A stretch of DNA of 64,000 bases from Fidelibacterota bacterium. Lineage in GTDB: Bacteria; Fidelibacterota; Marinisomatia; SCGC-AAA003-L08; D37C17. The stretch spans positions 1,942-65,941 of the forward strand of contig NZUX01000033.1 in NCBI GenBank assembly GCA_002703645.1. Reading direction: 5' to 3'. A program made the position numbers and the translations under genes. Below the pieces are notes generated by a model. That model ran no database searches. It was not told the origin of the DNA and saw only the letters and a program-made list of their open reading frames with translations. Below are positions 36,509 to 46,232 of this stretch, piece after piece. Each line of letters starts with the position of its first letter. Positions within the stretch are counted from its first letter, which is position 1.

Positions 36509-37673
36509 TTTTAAACTCCCTTAATCGTTTTATAAAGCTTTCACCCCATCCAACTATATTACCAATACCAATTATAGCATAATCATCTAATTCTGACATT
36601 TTATTAATAATCAATCCCATATCATCATCATTTAAAAATAAGGAGAATTTAAGATTTTTATTATAATTAACTCTATCTGTAATATCACTATCTAAATTAT
36701 CACCTCTAATAATTAAGTAATCTGGAGCTATATCTTTAAACACCAGATCAAGAAGCTGTTGTGTTCTAAGCTGTCTATCAGTTCGAGTATTAAGGAAAAT
36801 AGCAATTTTTTTCTTGCCATTATAATGCTCTTTAATAATATCTAAAGTTCTAAGAGTTGAATTAGGATCATTTGCTGCAAAAGCATTAACAAAGTCAATA
36901 GATGATTTATTGATATTCAATTTAAGAATAGATAATGCCCCAGGGTCAGGGTTTGTATTTTTCATACCATTAATTGCATCTTTTTTGCTAACACCAACAC
37001 TCTGACAGACACCTAGAGCTAAAGCTATATTATCTGGATGTTCAATAAAGGGGAAACCTTCTAAATATTTTTTATTCATATACTTTGAATCACAAATATT
37101 AATTTCACTATTATTACTAATAGCTTTATTAATAATTGGAGCTACGGAATCTGTTTCTGAAGTGAATACTTTTTCATTTATCGGAATTGTATTAGATAAA
37201 GATTTTGCAATATGAGTATGACTATATCCCATTTCTTCAAGATGATCTGCTCTCACATTGGTAATCACACAATAATTTGATTGTAAAATTTTATGTTCTG
37301 ACACCCATTGATATTGAGGTTGGACTGCCATACATTCCATGACAATTGCCTTAGGCTTATATTTTGAAAATCGAGCGATCATTCTAATTTGTTCTCCAAT
37401 AGAGGCAGGCCTAAATCTTTGAATGATATGATCATCGCCTAAACTATCGATAAATCTCGGAGAAGATCCTGTGGTTTTAGCTACCGTTTGAATTCCTCCA
37501 CCTCTTAAACCAGCTGCTATTAATCGAGTAACACTAGACTTTCCTCTGGTACCATTAACATGAATTCTAATAGGGATTTTTCTGATTGCATTATTGTGTA
37601 ATTTAGATTCAACTAAACCTAGTAGAATTAATGTTAATAAAATAACAAGGAGTGAAAGAGTAACTACTGGCAA
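36501..37673 (-). CDS. pgsB: poly-gamma-glutamate synthase PgsB/CapB (Mur-ligase-like)
   Basis: N-terminal TM. IRIHVNGTRGKSSVTRL, IVMECMAVQPQYQ, NVRADHLEEMG and FAANDPNSTL parallel B. subtilis PgsB. Confidence 0.9.
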   Translation of the reverse strand: MPVVTLSLLVILLTLILLGLVESKLHNNAIRKIPIRIHVNGTRGKSSVTRLIAAGLRGGGIQTVAKTTGSSPRFIDSLGDDHIIQRFRPASIGEQIRMIARFSKYKPKAIVMECMAVQPQYQWVSEHKILQSNYCVITNVRADHLEEMGYSHTHIAKSLSNTIPINEKVFTSETDSVAPIINKAISNNSEINICDSKYMNKKYLEGFPFIEHPDNIALALGVCQSVGVSKKDAINGMKNTNPDPGALSILKLNINKSSIDFVNAFAANDPNSTLRTLDIIKEHYNGKKKIAIFLNTRTDRQLRTQQLLDLVFKDIAPDYLIIRGDNLDSDITDRVNYNKNLKFSLFLNDDDMGLIINKMSELDDYAIIGIGNIVGWGESFIKRLREFKNA

Positions 37674-37682
37674 TGTTAACCT

Positions 37683-40600
37683 TTAATATTCTAAAATTAA
37701 ATTAATCATCAAAATAACATCTAAAATATTAATAGTCCCATCTTCATCCATATCCGCAACAAATTGACTGATAGCATCCAGCTCTTCAATGACCAAAATA
37801 TGATTAATAACCATAATAATATCCAAAATATTAACTTCATCATCTTGATTAACATCTCCAGAAGAAAGCACTGTAGTATTTCTAGTTGTAATAAATATCG
37901 CACTTTCATCTTGTAAGTGAGCTGCAGCATCAGGATATTTATTATCAAAAGTATATTCTAAACCAACTGTTGCTTGATGATTCTCTATACCTACAGTAGA
38001 ATAGCAACCATGATATGGAGTATATTGAGAATAATCACCATTCGTGGTATTATTAAATTCTTTATACTGAATTTTAATTTCATCATCCCCTGTTGGAGTT
38101 ATAGAATTGTATAAAATAACTTGAAACGTCTGAATATCATTATGCTGTTTTGTAAGCATATTAGACCATTCAATAATAACATAATCTTCATTTAAATATT
38201 TAAATACTTTCGAATTTTGACTTCCTGTAGTTTTCAAATCATCCCAAAATGCTGCGACCATTGGAGATGGTCCTCCTGGGCCTGGCAATTGATAATTTCT
38301 AAAAGACTCCATATTTGAATGACCAAATGCTATCCAACCATTTGCACTAACAGAAATTTCGTCATAATCTTCTCCATAAAATGTAAATATAAAAGGAAGA
38401 TCAACATATTTAGTACTATTAACTACACTACCATCTCCATTACCTGAGTGCTCAATACCTAAATCTACCCCTTCTCCCCCTTGACTGGGATCAATTTCAA
38501 TCCAATCATAAAAGGGCATTAAACTATAGCCAATATCTGTCCAATCATATATGTAGTATCCATATGAATCAGGACCGAGGGGGTCGTGTTCATCTGCAAC
38601 TCCAACAGTGATATTTAAATTAATATCCTGATTAAACCCACTATTATTATATATATTAATATTAAAATTAAATACAGAGCCATCAATAATGTCTTCTCCA
38701 AATTCAATAACTAATGGATTTAAAATAACTTGTGATTGACCGGGATAAATATCACCAATGAATGCTTCATCCTGAATGAAATTAATCAATGAACTAGCAA
38801 TATCGATACTTATATAAGAATCTATCAACTCTTGTTCCCCTGTATTGGTAAAAACAAAATCAAGCTCCACTATATCACCAGGGTTAGGCATAACAGTTAC
38901 AGGCATAAGATTAATATTTGGAGATATAACATCAAACGGAACATTAAAACTCCAGCCATCATTCATATCGCTATTATTGATAGTTAAATTTAAATCTAAT
39001 AAATCGCTAGCTATTAAATCTTCATGTATATATATCTCGATAGGCCCTACTGTAGTTGGTATAAAAGGTGATAAATTATCTATAGTAAAAGTATCATCCA
39101 AAATATCTAATTTATCTGAATTGGTTGATACATGCCCTTCTAAAGAAGAAATTGATGAAGTTGAAAGGTTATCTAAATTAAAAAAGATATTTACAATTTC
39201 ACCTGGCTGCGCAATACCATCAATAGAATTTTGGTTCTCCGGATTATCATCATAAACATAAAACATCGTTTGTTGATTGATCTGAATATTTGCACTTTCA
39301 GAGTCTACTAAAATTAAATCACTAAAAGGAATGTAATTGTCCTTAATAACAGTAATTTTAGCATTAGAGTCTATAGAGTTATCGCAATATATAGATGCAA
39401 ATCCATTTTCGTCTGTATAAGAATAATAGACTTCTTCTTCATCTATATAAATAACAACTCTCGCATCCCCTAGAGGCTGACCTTCATCGTCAACAATATT
39501 AACACTTATTAAATCAGTACCTATATTAATCGTTGACGGATATGAAACATTAATAGATTTTGGCGTGTCTGTCCATAAATGTAACACGGGGTCACCCATA
39601 AGGTTATTCCAGTGCGTAAATTTGTATGTCATTTGATAGGGATCTTCTGGATATGTATTATAGAGTGATAACTTACCATTTACAAGAGCAGCGCCAGCTG
39701 TTCTTAAATTTTTTGAAAAAATCCCATCATATATACCCATATCTAAAATATTATTAGGTACTGTATGAGTAGAGGATGTTGCTGTACCTACCGCAGCAAC
39801 ACCACCCTTAGGATTAGCTACAGAGCCCGCCCTAATAAAACTTTCTGATATAGCAGTGCCACTAAATCCACCGGTTGCGCATGTAATAAAAGTAACAAAA
39901 GGAGTCATATATCCATTGTTAGCATTATTAATATGAGATGAGCCAAAGCCACTTGTACCAATATACCCTCTATAATTAAAATAAAGTATACCTTCTTCTA
40001 AACGATTTTGCATCCAACTACTATAACTACATACATAGCATGTTTCAATATCATTAAAATCAAATGCATTTAACATATTTTCTACGTATTCATTAGTTAT
40101 TATAGCTGAGTTTCCAGTTGCAGATGGATCACCAACAAGCGCTGCGCTTTCATACCAATTTGTTCCAGTATAATCAATAAAAGTAGCTTTTTCATATGCT
40201 AATGTTTTATTTATTATATTTGATAAATCACTAGAGCTATTTGCTGAAATTCTTCCAATAAACATTTCTGGCAACAAATCATTTCCATCAATTAATGTAT
40301 AAGGATAATCACTTTCTCCTCCAGACGCATTTGAATATCCTACTTGATAGCTTCCACCCGTATCCCCAACCAAAACTATATACTCTGGCGGATACTCCCA
40401 TGTATAGTAAGCATTTTCTATATAGCTTTTAATTGAACTTTGACTTGTTCCTGTTGCACTCGTATTGGCAGTATACACTTTATAGCCTTGCTCTCTTCTC
40501 CATTGCACTAAATCTTGAAAATAACTATTGGAAGCAGAGCTTCCACCACATATATATAGTATAGAACCAAAATCATCTACAACTCTACTACTAACATCAA

Positions 40601-41138
40601 GATTAACAACCATGCTCTCTAGCAGTTTCTCAAATTCTCTTGATATGGGAACAACGTGATTGCCATCTGATTCATTGAAATTTTCTTCTTCTAAAATGAA
40701 TATTTCAACTTCTTCAATAACTTCAAGAGATTTGTTTTCATAGTCATATTGGATAGGAAAATATAAAATCTTAGCCAAATCAACGCCTCGCATAGTCATC
40801 GTCTCAGAAAAACTAAAATTATCAACTATAGATTGATCTAATTCTATATTAACATCAGAGATATGGTAAGATTCAGTAATATTATACGATATAGAATAAT
40901 CAATATTATTATCAACCATATATAAAGCTGAAAATGGTTTAATACCTATATCATATAAAAAATCTACGTCTACATGATACTGATTATTCAGCTTTTCTAA
41001 TAAATCATTATCATCAATATCAACATTAACAGTTAAGCTTTTCAAGGCTTGATTAAAATTATAATTATACGCGTTCGCATTATCATCTATTGAAAAAGCA
41101 ACATTAAATAAAAAAATCAAAGCAACAATCTTTGGCAT
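37683..41138 (-). CDS. gingipain-like peptidase C25 family protein (canonical His absent) with a C-terminal dockerin
   Basis: The likely start is ATG at 41138 (MPKIVALIFLFNVAFS signal peptide, AAGGGG RBS 5 nt upstream) rather than the track start at 41186. YIVLVGD, DYPY and FNYRGYIGTSGFGSSH...FITCATGGF are present. The C-terminus has DVNQDDEVNILDIIMVINHIL and DMDEDGTINILDVILMINLIL. Confidence 0.8.
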   Translation of the reverse strand: MPKIVALIFLFNVAFSIDDNANAYNYNFNQALKSLTVNVDIDDNDLLEKLNNQYHVDVDFLYDIGIKPFSALYMVDNNIDYSISYNITESYHISDVNIELDQSIVDNFSFSETMTMRGVDLAKILYFPIQYDYENKSLEVIEEVEIFILEEENFNESDGNHVVPISREFEKLLESMVVNLDVSSRVVDDFGSILYICGGSSASNSYFQDLVQWRREQGYKVYTANTSATGTSQSSIKSYIENAYYTWEYPPEYIVLVGDTGGSYQVGYSNASGGESDYPYTLIDGNDLLPEMFIGRISANSSSDLSNIINKTLAYEKATFIDYTGTNWYESAALVGDPSATGNSAIITNEYVENMLNAFDFNDIETCYVCSYSSWMQNRLEEGILYFNYRGYIGTSGFGSSHINNANNGYMTPFVTFITCATGGFSGTAISESFIRAGSVANPKGGVAAVGTATSSTHTVPNNILDMGIYDGIFSKNLRTAGAALVNGKLSLYNTYPEDPYQMTYKFTHWNNLMGDPVLHLWTDTPKSINVSYPSTINIGTDLISVNIVDDEGQPLGDARVVIYIDEEEVYYSYTDENGFASIYCDNSIDSNAKITVIKDNYIPFSDLILVDSESANIQINQQTMFYVYDDNPENQNSIDGIAQPGEIVNIFFNLDNLSTSSISSLEGHVSTNSDKLDILDDTFTIDNLSPFIPTTVGPIEIYIHEDLIASDLLDLNLTINNSDMNDGWSFNVPFDVISPNINLMPVTVMPNPGDIVELDFVFTNTGEQELIDSYISIDIASSLINFIQDEAFIGDIYPGQSQVILNPLVIEFGEDIIDGSVFNFNINIYNNSGFNQDINLNITVGVADEHDPLGPDSYGYYIYDWTDIGYSLMPFYDWIEIDPSQGGEGVDLGIEHSGNGDGSVVNSTKYVDLPFIFTFYGEDYDEISVSANGWIAFGHSNMESFRNYQLPGPGGPSPMVAAFWDDLKTTGSQNSKVFKYLNEDYVIIEWSNMLTKQHNDIQTFQVILYNSITPTGDDEIKIQYKEFNNTTNGDYSQYTPYHGCYSTVGIENHQATVGLEYTFDNKYPDAAAHLQDESAIFITTRNTTVLSSGDVNQDDEVNILDIIMVINHILVIEELDAISQFVADMDEDGTINILDVILMINLILEY

Positions 41139-41242
41139 AAGATCCCCTTTAGTTTTAAATAGTTTAGATACAAAGAATTTAATCAAAATAGAAGAACTAT
41201 CTAAGATAACTTTGTTACAACTTGTAATGCAAATAAAAATGC

Positions 41243-41264
41243 TTATGTAGTAATTATGTAGTAA
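41243..41264. promoter_or_regulatory. perfect tandem 11-bp direct repeat (TTATGTAGTAA x2) in the divergent control region
   Basis: Read directly at 41243-41253 and 41254-41264. A 6-1-6 palindrome TTACAA-C-TTGTAA lies at 41215-41227. Confidence 0.4.
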
Positions 41265-41386
41265 GTTCTCGATATTTTTTTATTTATAATTTATTCAAAA
41301 TTATAGTTAGCTAATTTTATAGATTTTAATAAATTAGGGGATACCAAAATTTTTATATATAAAATCTAATTAAGGAGATTAAAACT

Positions 41387-41806
41387 GTGAAAAAATTTAA
41401 AAAATATTTAAATGGTTTTACTTTAGTTGAAATTCTTATAGTAGTTGTTATTGTTGGAATATTAGCAGCAATTGCTATTCCTACATACTATAGCTATGTG
41501 AAAAAAGGATATGCGACTGAGGCTAAAACTCAACTTAAAAGTATTGTTCAAGCCGCTGATATGTACTATTCTGAAAGAGGCGAGGCTGCTCCAGACGTAG
41601 AAACGATGGAAGCAGAAGGATTTATTGAAATTAACCAATCCGTAAAAAATAAATGGGAGTTTGAGCTTAATCTAGACCCTACTGGTGATGGCGGCTCATG
41701 TACTGCAACAAGTACAGAAGAAATGTCAGGTGGCGCTGGAGAAGTGGTTACATATGATGTAGCAACTGGGAAGTTCACCGGATATGGACAAGGAACACAG
41801 GAGTAA
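41387..41806 (+). CDS. pilA: type IV pilin (major pilin candidate)
   Basis: GTG start with AAGGAG 9 nt upstream (8-nt spacer). The class III signal is MKKFKKYLNG/FTLVEILIVVVIVGILAAIAIPTY. Confidence 0.9.
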   Translation: MKKFKKYLNGFTLVEILIVVVIVGILAAIAIPTYYSYVKKGYATEAKTQLKSIVQAADMYYSERGEAAPDVETMEAEGFIEINQSVKNKWEFELNLDPTGDGGSCTATSTEEMSGGAGEVVTYDVATGKFTGYGQGTQE

Positions 41807-41809
41807 ATT

Positions 41810-42868
41810 TTGGCTATATCAATTAAAGAGCTTTTAGGCTACGCACTAGATAGCGGAGCCTCAGATCTTCATCTTAGCGTAGGGAACATCCCTATGCTAA
41901 GAATACACGGAGAGATGAAGCAGATTAAATCCCCCCCACTAGATTTGAAGTCTATGGAAAAAATTAGAGATGAAGTCTTAAACTCAAATCAGCAAAAAGC
42001 CTTTAAAGATATGCTTGAAATTGACTTTTCTGCAGAATTAAAAGGAAAGGGAAGATTTAGAGTTAATTTTTTTAATCAAATAAATGGTTTATCTGCAGTA
42101 TTTAGAACGATTTCTAATGTTATTTTAAATTCTGAGGAATTAGGTGTACCTCCAATACTTAATTCTCTAGCAATGAAAAATCGAGGCCTTATTCTCCTTA
42201 CTGGTCCCACTGGAAGTGGTAAGTCTACAACTCTAGCTGCGATGGTTGACCATATAAATGAAAATAAAAATTGTCATATCATAACAATTGAAGACCCAGT
42301 AGAATATTACCATACATCAAAAAATTGTCTTATAAATCAAAGAGAGGTAGGTCATTCAACTCATTCATTTTCTAATGCGTTAAGATCTTCCTTAAGAGAA
42401 GATCCAGATGTTATCCTAGTTGGAGAAATGCGCGATCTTGAAACAATCCAATTAGCTTTAACTGCAGCTGAAACAGGACATCTTGTATTATCAACTTTAC
42501 ATACTTCAAGTGCTGTAAAAACGGTAGATAGGATTATCGATGTTTTTCCATCAGGACAAAAATCTCAAATTAGATCAATGTTATCAGAAAGTCTTGTGGC
42601 AATTGTTGCGCAAAAATTACTTCAAAATAAGGATGGCGATGGACGTGTTCCAGCAAGTGAAATAATGATAGCAAACCCTGCGGTAAGAAACCTTATAAGA
42701 GAAGATAAAATATATCAAATTCCTTCTCTAATACAATCTGGAAGTAAAGAAGGTATGCAAACATTAGACCAAGACTTACAAAGACTTCTAACTCAAGGTT
42801 TAATTAATAGAGAAGATGCCCTCAGTATCGCTGAAGACCCTGAATTATTCCAAAAAGGTATTTTTTAG
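41810..42868 (+). CDS. pilT: type IV pilus retraction ATPase PilT
   Basis: ASDLHLSVG..P..RIHGE, Walker A GPTGSGKSTT, IITIEDPVEY, Walker B VILVGEMRD, and the AIRNLIRE-like motif AVRNLIRE. Confidence 0.92.
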   Translation: MAISIKELLGYALDSGASDLHLSVGNIPMLRIHGEMKQIKSPPLDLKSMEKIRDEVLNSNQQKAFKDMLEIDFSAELKGKGRFRVNFFNQINGLSAVFRTISNVILNSEELGVPPILNSLAMKNRGLILLTGPTGSGKSTTLAAMVDHINENKNCHIITIEDPVEYYHTSKNCLINQREVGHSTHSFSNALRSSLREDPDVILVGEMRDLETIQLALTAAETGHLVLSTLHTSSAVKTVDRIIDVFPSGQKSQIRSMLSESLVAIVAQKLLQNKDGDGRVPASEIMIANPAVRNLIREDKIYQIPSLIQSGSKEGMQTLDQDLQRLLTQGLINREDALSIAEDPELFQKGIF

Positions 42869-42872
42869 TTCA

Positions 42873-43304
42873 ATGAAAGCTAAGAGATTCTATAATGGCT
42901 TTACTATTGTAGAGCTGATGATAGGATTACTTTTTACAGTAATGGCCGGAGGTGCAATTATTGTAGGTACGGGTCATTACTATAAAACAATCAGTAACCT
43001 CAAGTTGAAAGAAGCTGCATATGAAAAATTAAAAGGGTATACTGAATATCAAAAAGGGAAAATTGCAGCAGGAGATATAAGGAATAATAGCTGTGAATCT
43101 GGTGAAGATTTATGTCTTGGTTCAATTGGAGAAGATGAAGAGTGTACATTCGAAGCTAATGATTTATGCTTTTACATATCTGAATCGATAGGATCTCAAA
43201 ATTCAAAAGCAAAAAGATATGAATTATTAACAACTATAAAATGGAATAATATAAATGAAGAAGAAAAAGAAATGAGTTTTTATGCAATTCAAATCGTTTA
43301 TTAA
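42873..43304 (+). CDS. prepilin-type N-terminal cleavage/methylation domain protein (minor pilin)
   Basis: MKAKRFYNG/FTIVELMIGLLF. The start was moved to the ATG at 42873. Confidence 0.75.
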   Translation: MKAKRFYNGFTIVELMIGLLFTVMAGGAIIVGTGHYYKTISNLKLKEAAYEKLKGYTEYQKGKIAAGDIRNNSCESGEDLCLGSIGEDEECTFEANDLCFYISESIGSQNSKAKRYELLTTIKWNNINEEEKEMSFYAIQIVY

Positions 43305-43878
43305 AAAAAACATTCTTCATAAATCTTTAAGTGGTTTTAGCTTAATTGAGTTTATTGTTTCATTATCAATTATGACAATTGGCTTTCTAGGAATTATGAC
43401 TCTTTATATAGATGTCGTAAAAAATTACACTCAAACTCAATTTATAGAGGAAACTCGTTTTGCACTTTCCTCGCAAATAGAAGCAATTAGTGAAGATATT
43501 AGAAACGCCAATAAAGTAGAGGTTATACCTGGATTTAGAACTAGAATTAAAATTGAAGATGATATAGTATACTCCTGTTCTAATAGTGAGGGACTCTTAA
43601 AAGATGGAAGTCAAACTGGTTTTTATGGAAGTACTATTAAACAATTATTTGAAAATAACGATGTCTATACATTAGAAGTTAAATGCGATGAATTCGATTG
43701 CAAAAAAAGCTTATCATCCATGGGTAATGAAAAAAAACTTCGTGATAATTTTTATACCCTTACCGCAGAATTCGAATTAACATCACAAATAAATCCAGAC
43801 TTCTTAAAAACATATAAATTTAAACGGGATATATTTACACAAAATATGTTCTCTATACCTAGTGATGATGAAAATTAA
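43282..43878 (+). CDS. prepilin-type minor pilin
   Basis: SLSG/FSLIEFIVSLSIMTIGFLGI. Confidence 0.7.
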   Translation: MQFKSFIKKNILHKSLSGFSLIEFIVSLSIMTIGFLGIMTLYIDVVKNYTQTQFIEETRFALSSQIEAISEDIRNANKVEVIPGFRTRIKIEDDIVYSCSNSEGLLKDGSQTGFYGSTIKQLFENNDVYTLEVKCDEFDCKKSLSSMGNEKKLRDNFYTLTAEFELTSQINPDFLKTYKFKRDIFTQNMFSIPSDDEN

Positions 43879-46222
43879 TAACAAAAAGTACTCAAGCAAG
43901 GGACTCATACTCCCTACTACTTTAGTATTAACTTTTTCAAGTTTTTGGATTATTTCAGGCTACTTGTGGTGGCTTGATGATAAGATTAATGAATTAGAAT
44001 ATAAAATTGCAGTGACTAAAGCAACATATAATGCAGAAAGTGGAATTGCAGATTTTGTCTATCCATTTTTAATTAATACTGGATTTACAAAAGATACTTT
44101 ATACAAACCAGAAGATGCTGGAGGAATTATTAATCCATATTTAGATAGTGAAATTAGCTTTCCTGGATCAGAAGTTTTTATGGGAAGTTATGATGCCGAT
44201 GCGTCTAATTGGGGATATGATGAGATTACAAGCGATTCTATAAGATATAATTTTATAAAATCAAGTGCCATAAGTTCTGGAAAAATACGAGGTGTTGCTT
44301 ATTGGGGGCCTCTTAACTCAGATGGTAGCTGCTGTAAATCAAAGGTTACAAGAACTTCAGAGTTATCTGTATCCTCAGATGGGTGGGGACGATACATGTA
44401 TTATACGGCATCTGAAAGTGCTGGCGGAGGACCCTGGACTTTTGATCCACCATACTTAACTGATGCAGACCGAAGATCAGTATGCTTTTGGGGACCAGAT
44501 GTAATGCAAGGAGTTGTACAATCAAATTCTTTACTTACATTCTGTAGCAGCGGAGGGTGTCCTGATTTCTCTGATGCAAGTTGGTACTTTTCTCCAGGCT
44601 TTGATGGACCTGAGGATTGGGGGCAGTGCTCTAATGAATACTATACTCTTTTTCAAACACAAGATTCTGAGGAAATAGATACTCTAACAACATGTCAATA
44701 TCAATTTCCTCCTAATATGGCTTCAAGCTATGATGATGCAAATATAGTGATTGAGGCAGACTACATGCTTAGAGCAAGCAATGGAACAGGGCTGAAAGAT
44801 ACTTTGATTATGACTGATATAGAGTTTTTCCCGAATGGTGGAGTTCAAGTTTATCAGTGGTGGTATCTAATGCCTCCACATTTGAAAAAATATAAAGGAA
44901 ATCAGGCAACAAATAATCCATCAGATTTTATTGAACTAACTGACTATGATCAACAACACCCAAAGCCTCATCATATTGATGGTTTTGATGAATTGTTTGA
45001 AGAAATTACTGGAAATAGTTGGACTGAATATAATTATTGGGATGATCAAGCTGATAATTTTTCATTTTTAAACCAAATTTGTAATACTACAAATTTTTCA
45101 AATCAAGCATTCCCTATGAATAACATTACATGCAAGCATTATCTAGATTCGTTAAGAGCATATCATGGAAAAGATGTGAGCACAAGTAATGGGTTCGAAT
45201 CATATATGAATCCATCTATATCTGGTCACCATGGAATTGTTGGACAGCATTTTGATTTTCATAATGGGATTGATCAAAATGGAAATGGTCAAATAGAAGA
45301 TTCATTGCTTGTTTATGATGAGTATTTTAGTTATAATGTGCCTTCAGTAATTTATGTAAAAGGAGGCCCTGTGAGAGTTAGAGGCACATATAAAGGTCAA
45401 TGGACTGTTCTAACAGACTCAGAAACAGAATATCAAAGACATGCTTGGAGAGATACTCTAGAGCAAAGCCCTCCTATTGATAAAGTATTAAATAACATAT
45501 ATATAGTAGATGACTTAATTAACGCTGATTCCTTTAATGGTAATATGGGAGGACTATTACAACCAGATGAAGAAACTTGTCGTGGAGGAAGCGATAATGT
45601 TATGGGGCTTTTATCTGGTGCCAATATAGTTGTTGCGAGTACAAGGGAAAACGGACTAGGGGATGGTGCCGGATCGTGTTCTACAGTGGCTAGTTGCAAT
45701 CAAAATATTTCATCTGTAAAAATTAATGCTGCTATGATGGCGCTTGATGAATCATTTGTAGTTCAATATTGGCAAAATTCAACAGCCAATCAAGCTGCTA
45801 CTAACTATAATCCTTTAAATTATGAATCAAGCTGGTGGAATGGGGTAGTTGGTGAAACTAGTCCTACTAATGATGACTTCTACGAAGGTGCAAGTCAACC
45901 AGGGGATGCGCAAGACCCCCCAGGAGCAGATGGAAGAGGTCGAATAAAATCTAATGATAACAATATTTTTCCTTCCCAAACTCAAGATAGGCGGGGTGTT
46001 ATATATTTATGGGGTGGTGTTGTCCAGAAAAATCGTGGATATGTTAGAAGATCAGCAAATAGTCCTTACGGAAATGCAGAAGTAGGCTATGTAACTAAAG
46101 ATTATAACTTTGATGATAACGTCCGATGTAATGAGCCTCCAGGGTGGCCTCCTCTTCAATGCCTAGGTGACTCAACTGAGGTAGATGTTACAATAATAGG
46201 CTCTATTACTAAAAAGAATTAA
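43862..46222 (+). CDS. large PilX-N-like pilus-associated protein (candidate tip or adhesin subunit)
   Basis: The N-terminal hydrophobic segment GLILPTTLVLTFSSFWIISGYLWW resembles PilX/GspK-type minor pilins that lack the G/F site. It is followed by about 740 aa of Cys-, Gly- and Trp-containing globular sequence. Confidence 0.5.
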   Translation: MMMKINNKKYSSKGLILPTTLVLTFSSFWIISGYLWWLDDKINELEYKIAVTKATYNAESGIADFVYPFLINTGFTKDTLYKPEDAGGIINPYLDSEISFPGSEVFMGSYDADASNWGYDEITSDSIRYNFIKSSAISSGKIRGVAYWGPLNSDGSCCKSKVTRTSELSVSSDGWGRYMYYTASESAGGGPWTFDPPYLTDADRRSVCFWGPDVMQGVVQSNSLLTFCSSGGCPDFSDASWYFSPGFDGPEDWGQCSNEYYTLFQTQDSEEIDTLTTCQYQFPPNMASSYDDANIVIEADYMLRASNGTGLKDTLIMTDIEFFPNGGVQVYQWWYLMPPHLKKYKGNQATNNPSDFIELTDYDQQHPKPHHIDGFDELFEEITGNSWTEYNYWDDQADNFSFLNQICNTTNFSNQAFPMNNITCKHYLDSLRAYHGKDVSTSNGFESYMNPSISGHHGIVGQHFDFHNGIDQNGNGQIEDSLLVYDEYFSYNVPSVIYVKGGPVRVRGTYKGQWTVLTDSETEYQRHAWRDTLEQSPPIDKVLNNIYIVDDLINADSFNGNMGGLLQPDEETCRGGSDNVMGLLSGANIVVASTRENGLGDGAGSCSTVASCNQNISSVKINAAMMALDESFVVQYWQNSTANQAATNYNPLNYESSWWNGVVGETSPTNDDFYEGASQPGDAQDPPGADGRGRIKSNDNNIFPSQTQDRRGVIYLWGGVVQKNRGYVRRSANSPYGNAEVGYVTKDYNFDDNVRCNEPPGWPPLQCLGDSTEVDVTIIGSITKKN

Positions 46223-46232
46223 GGAAATAATA

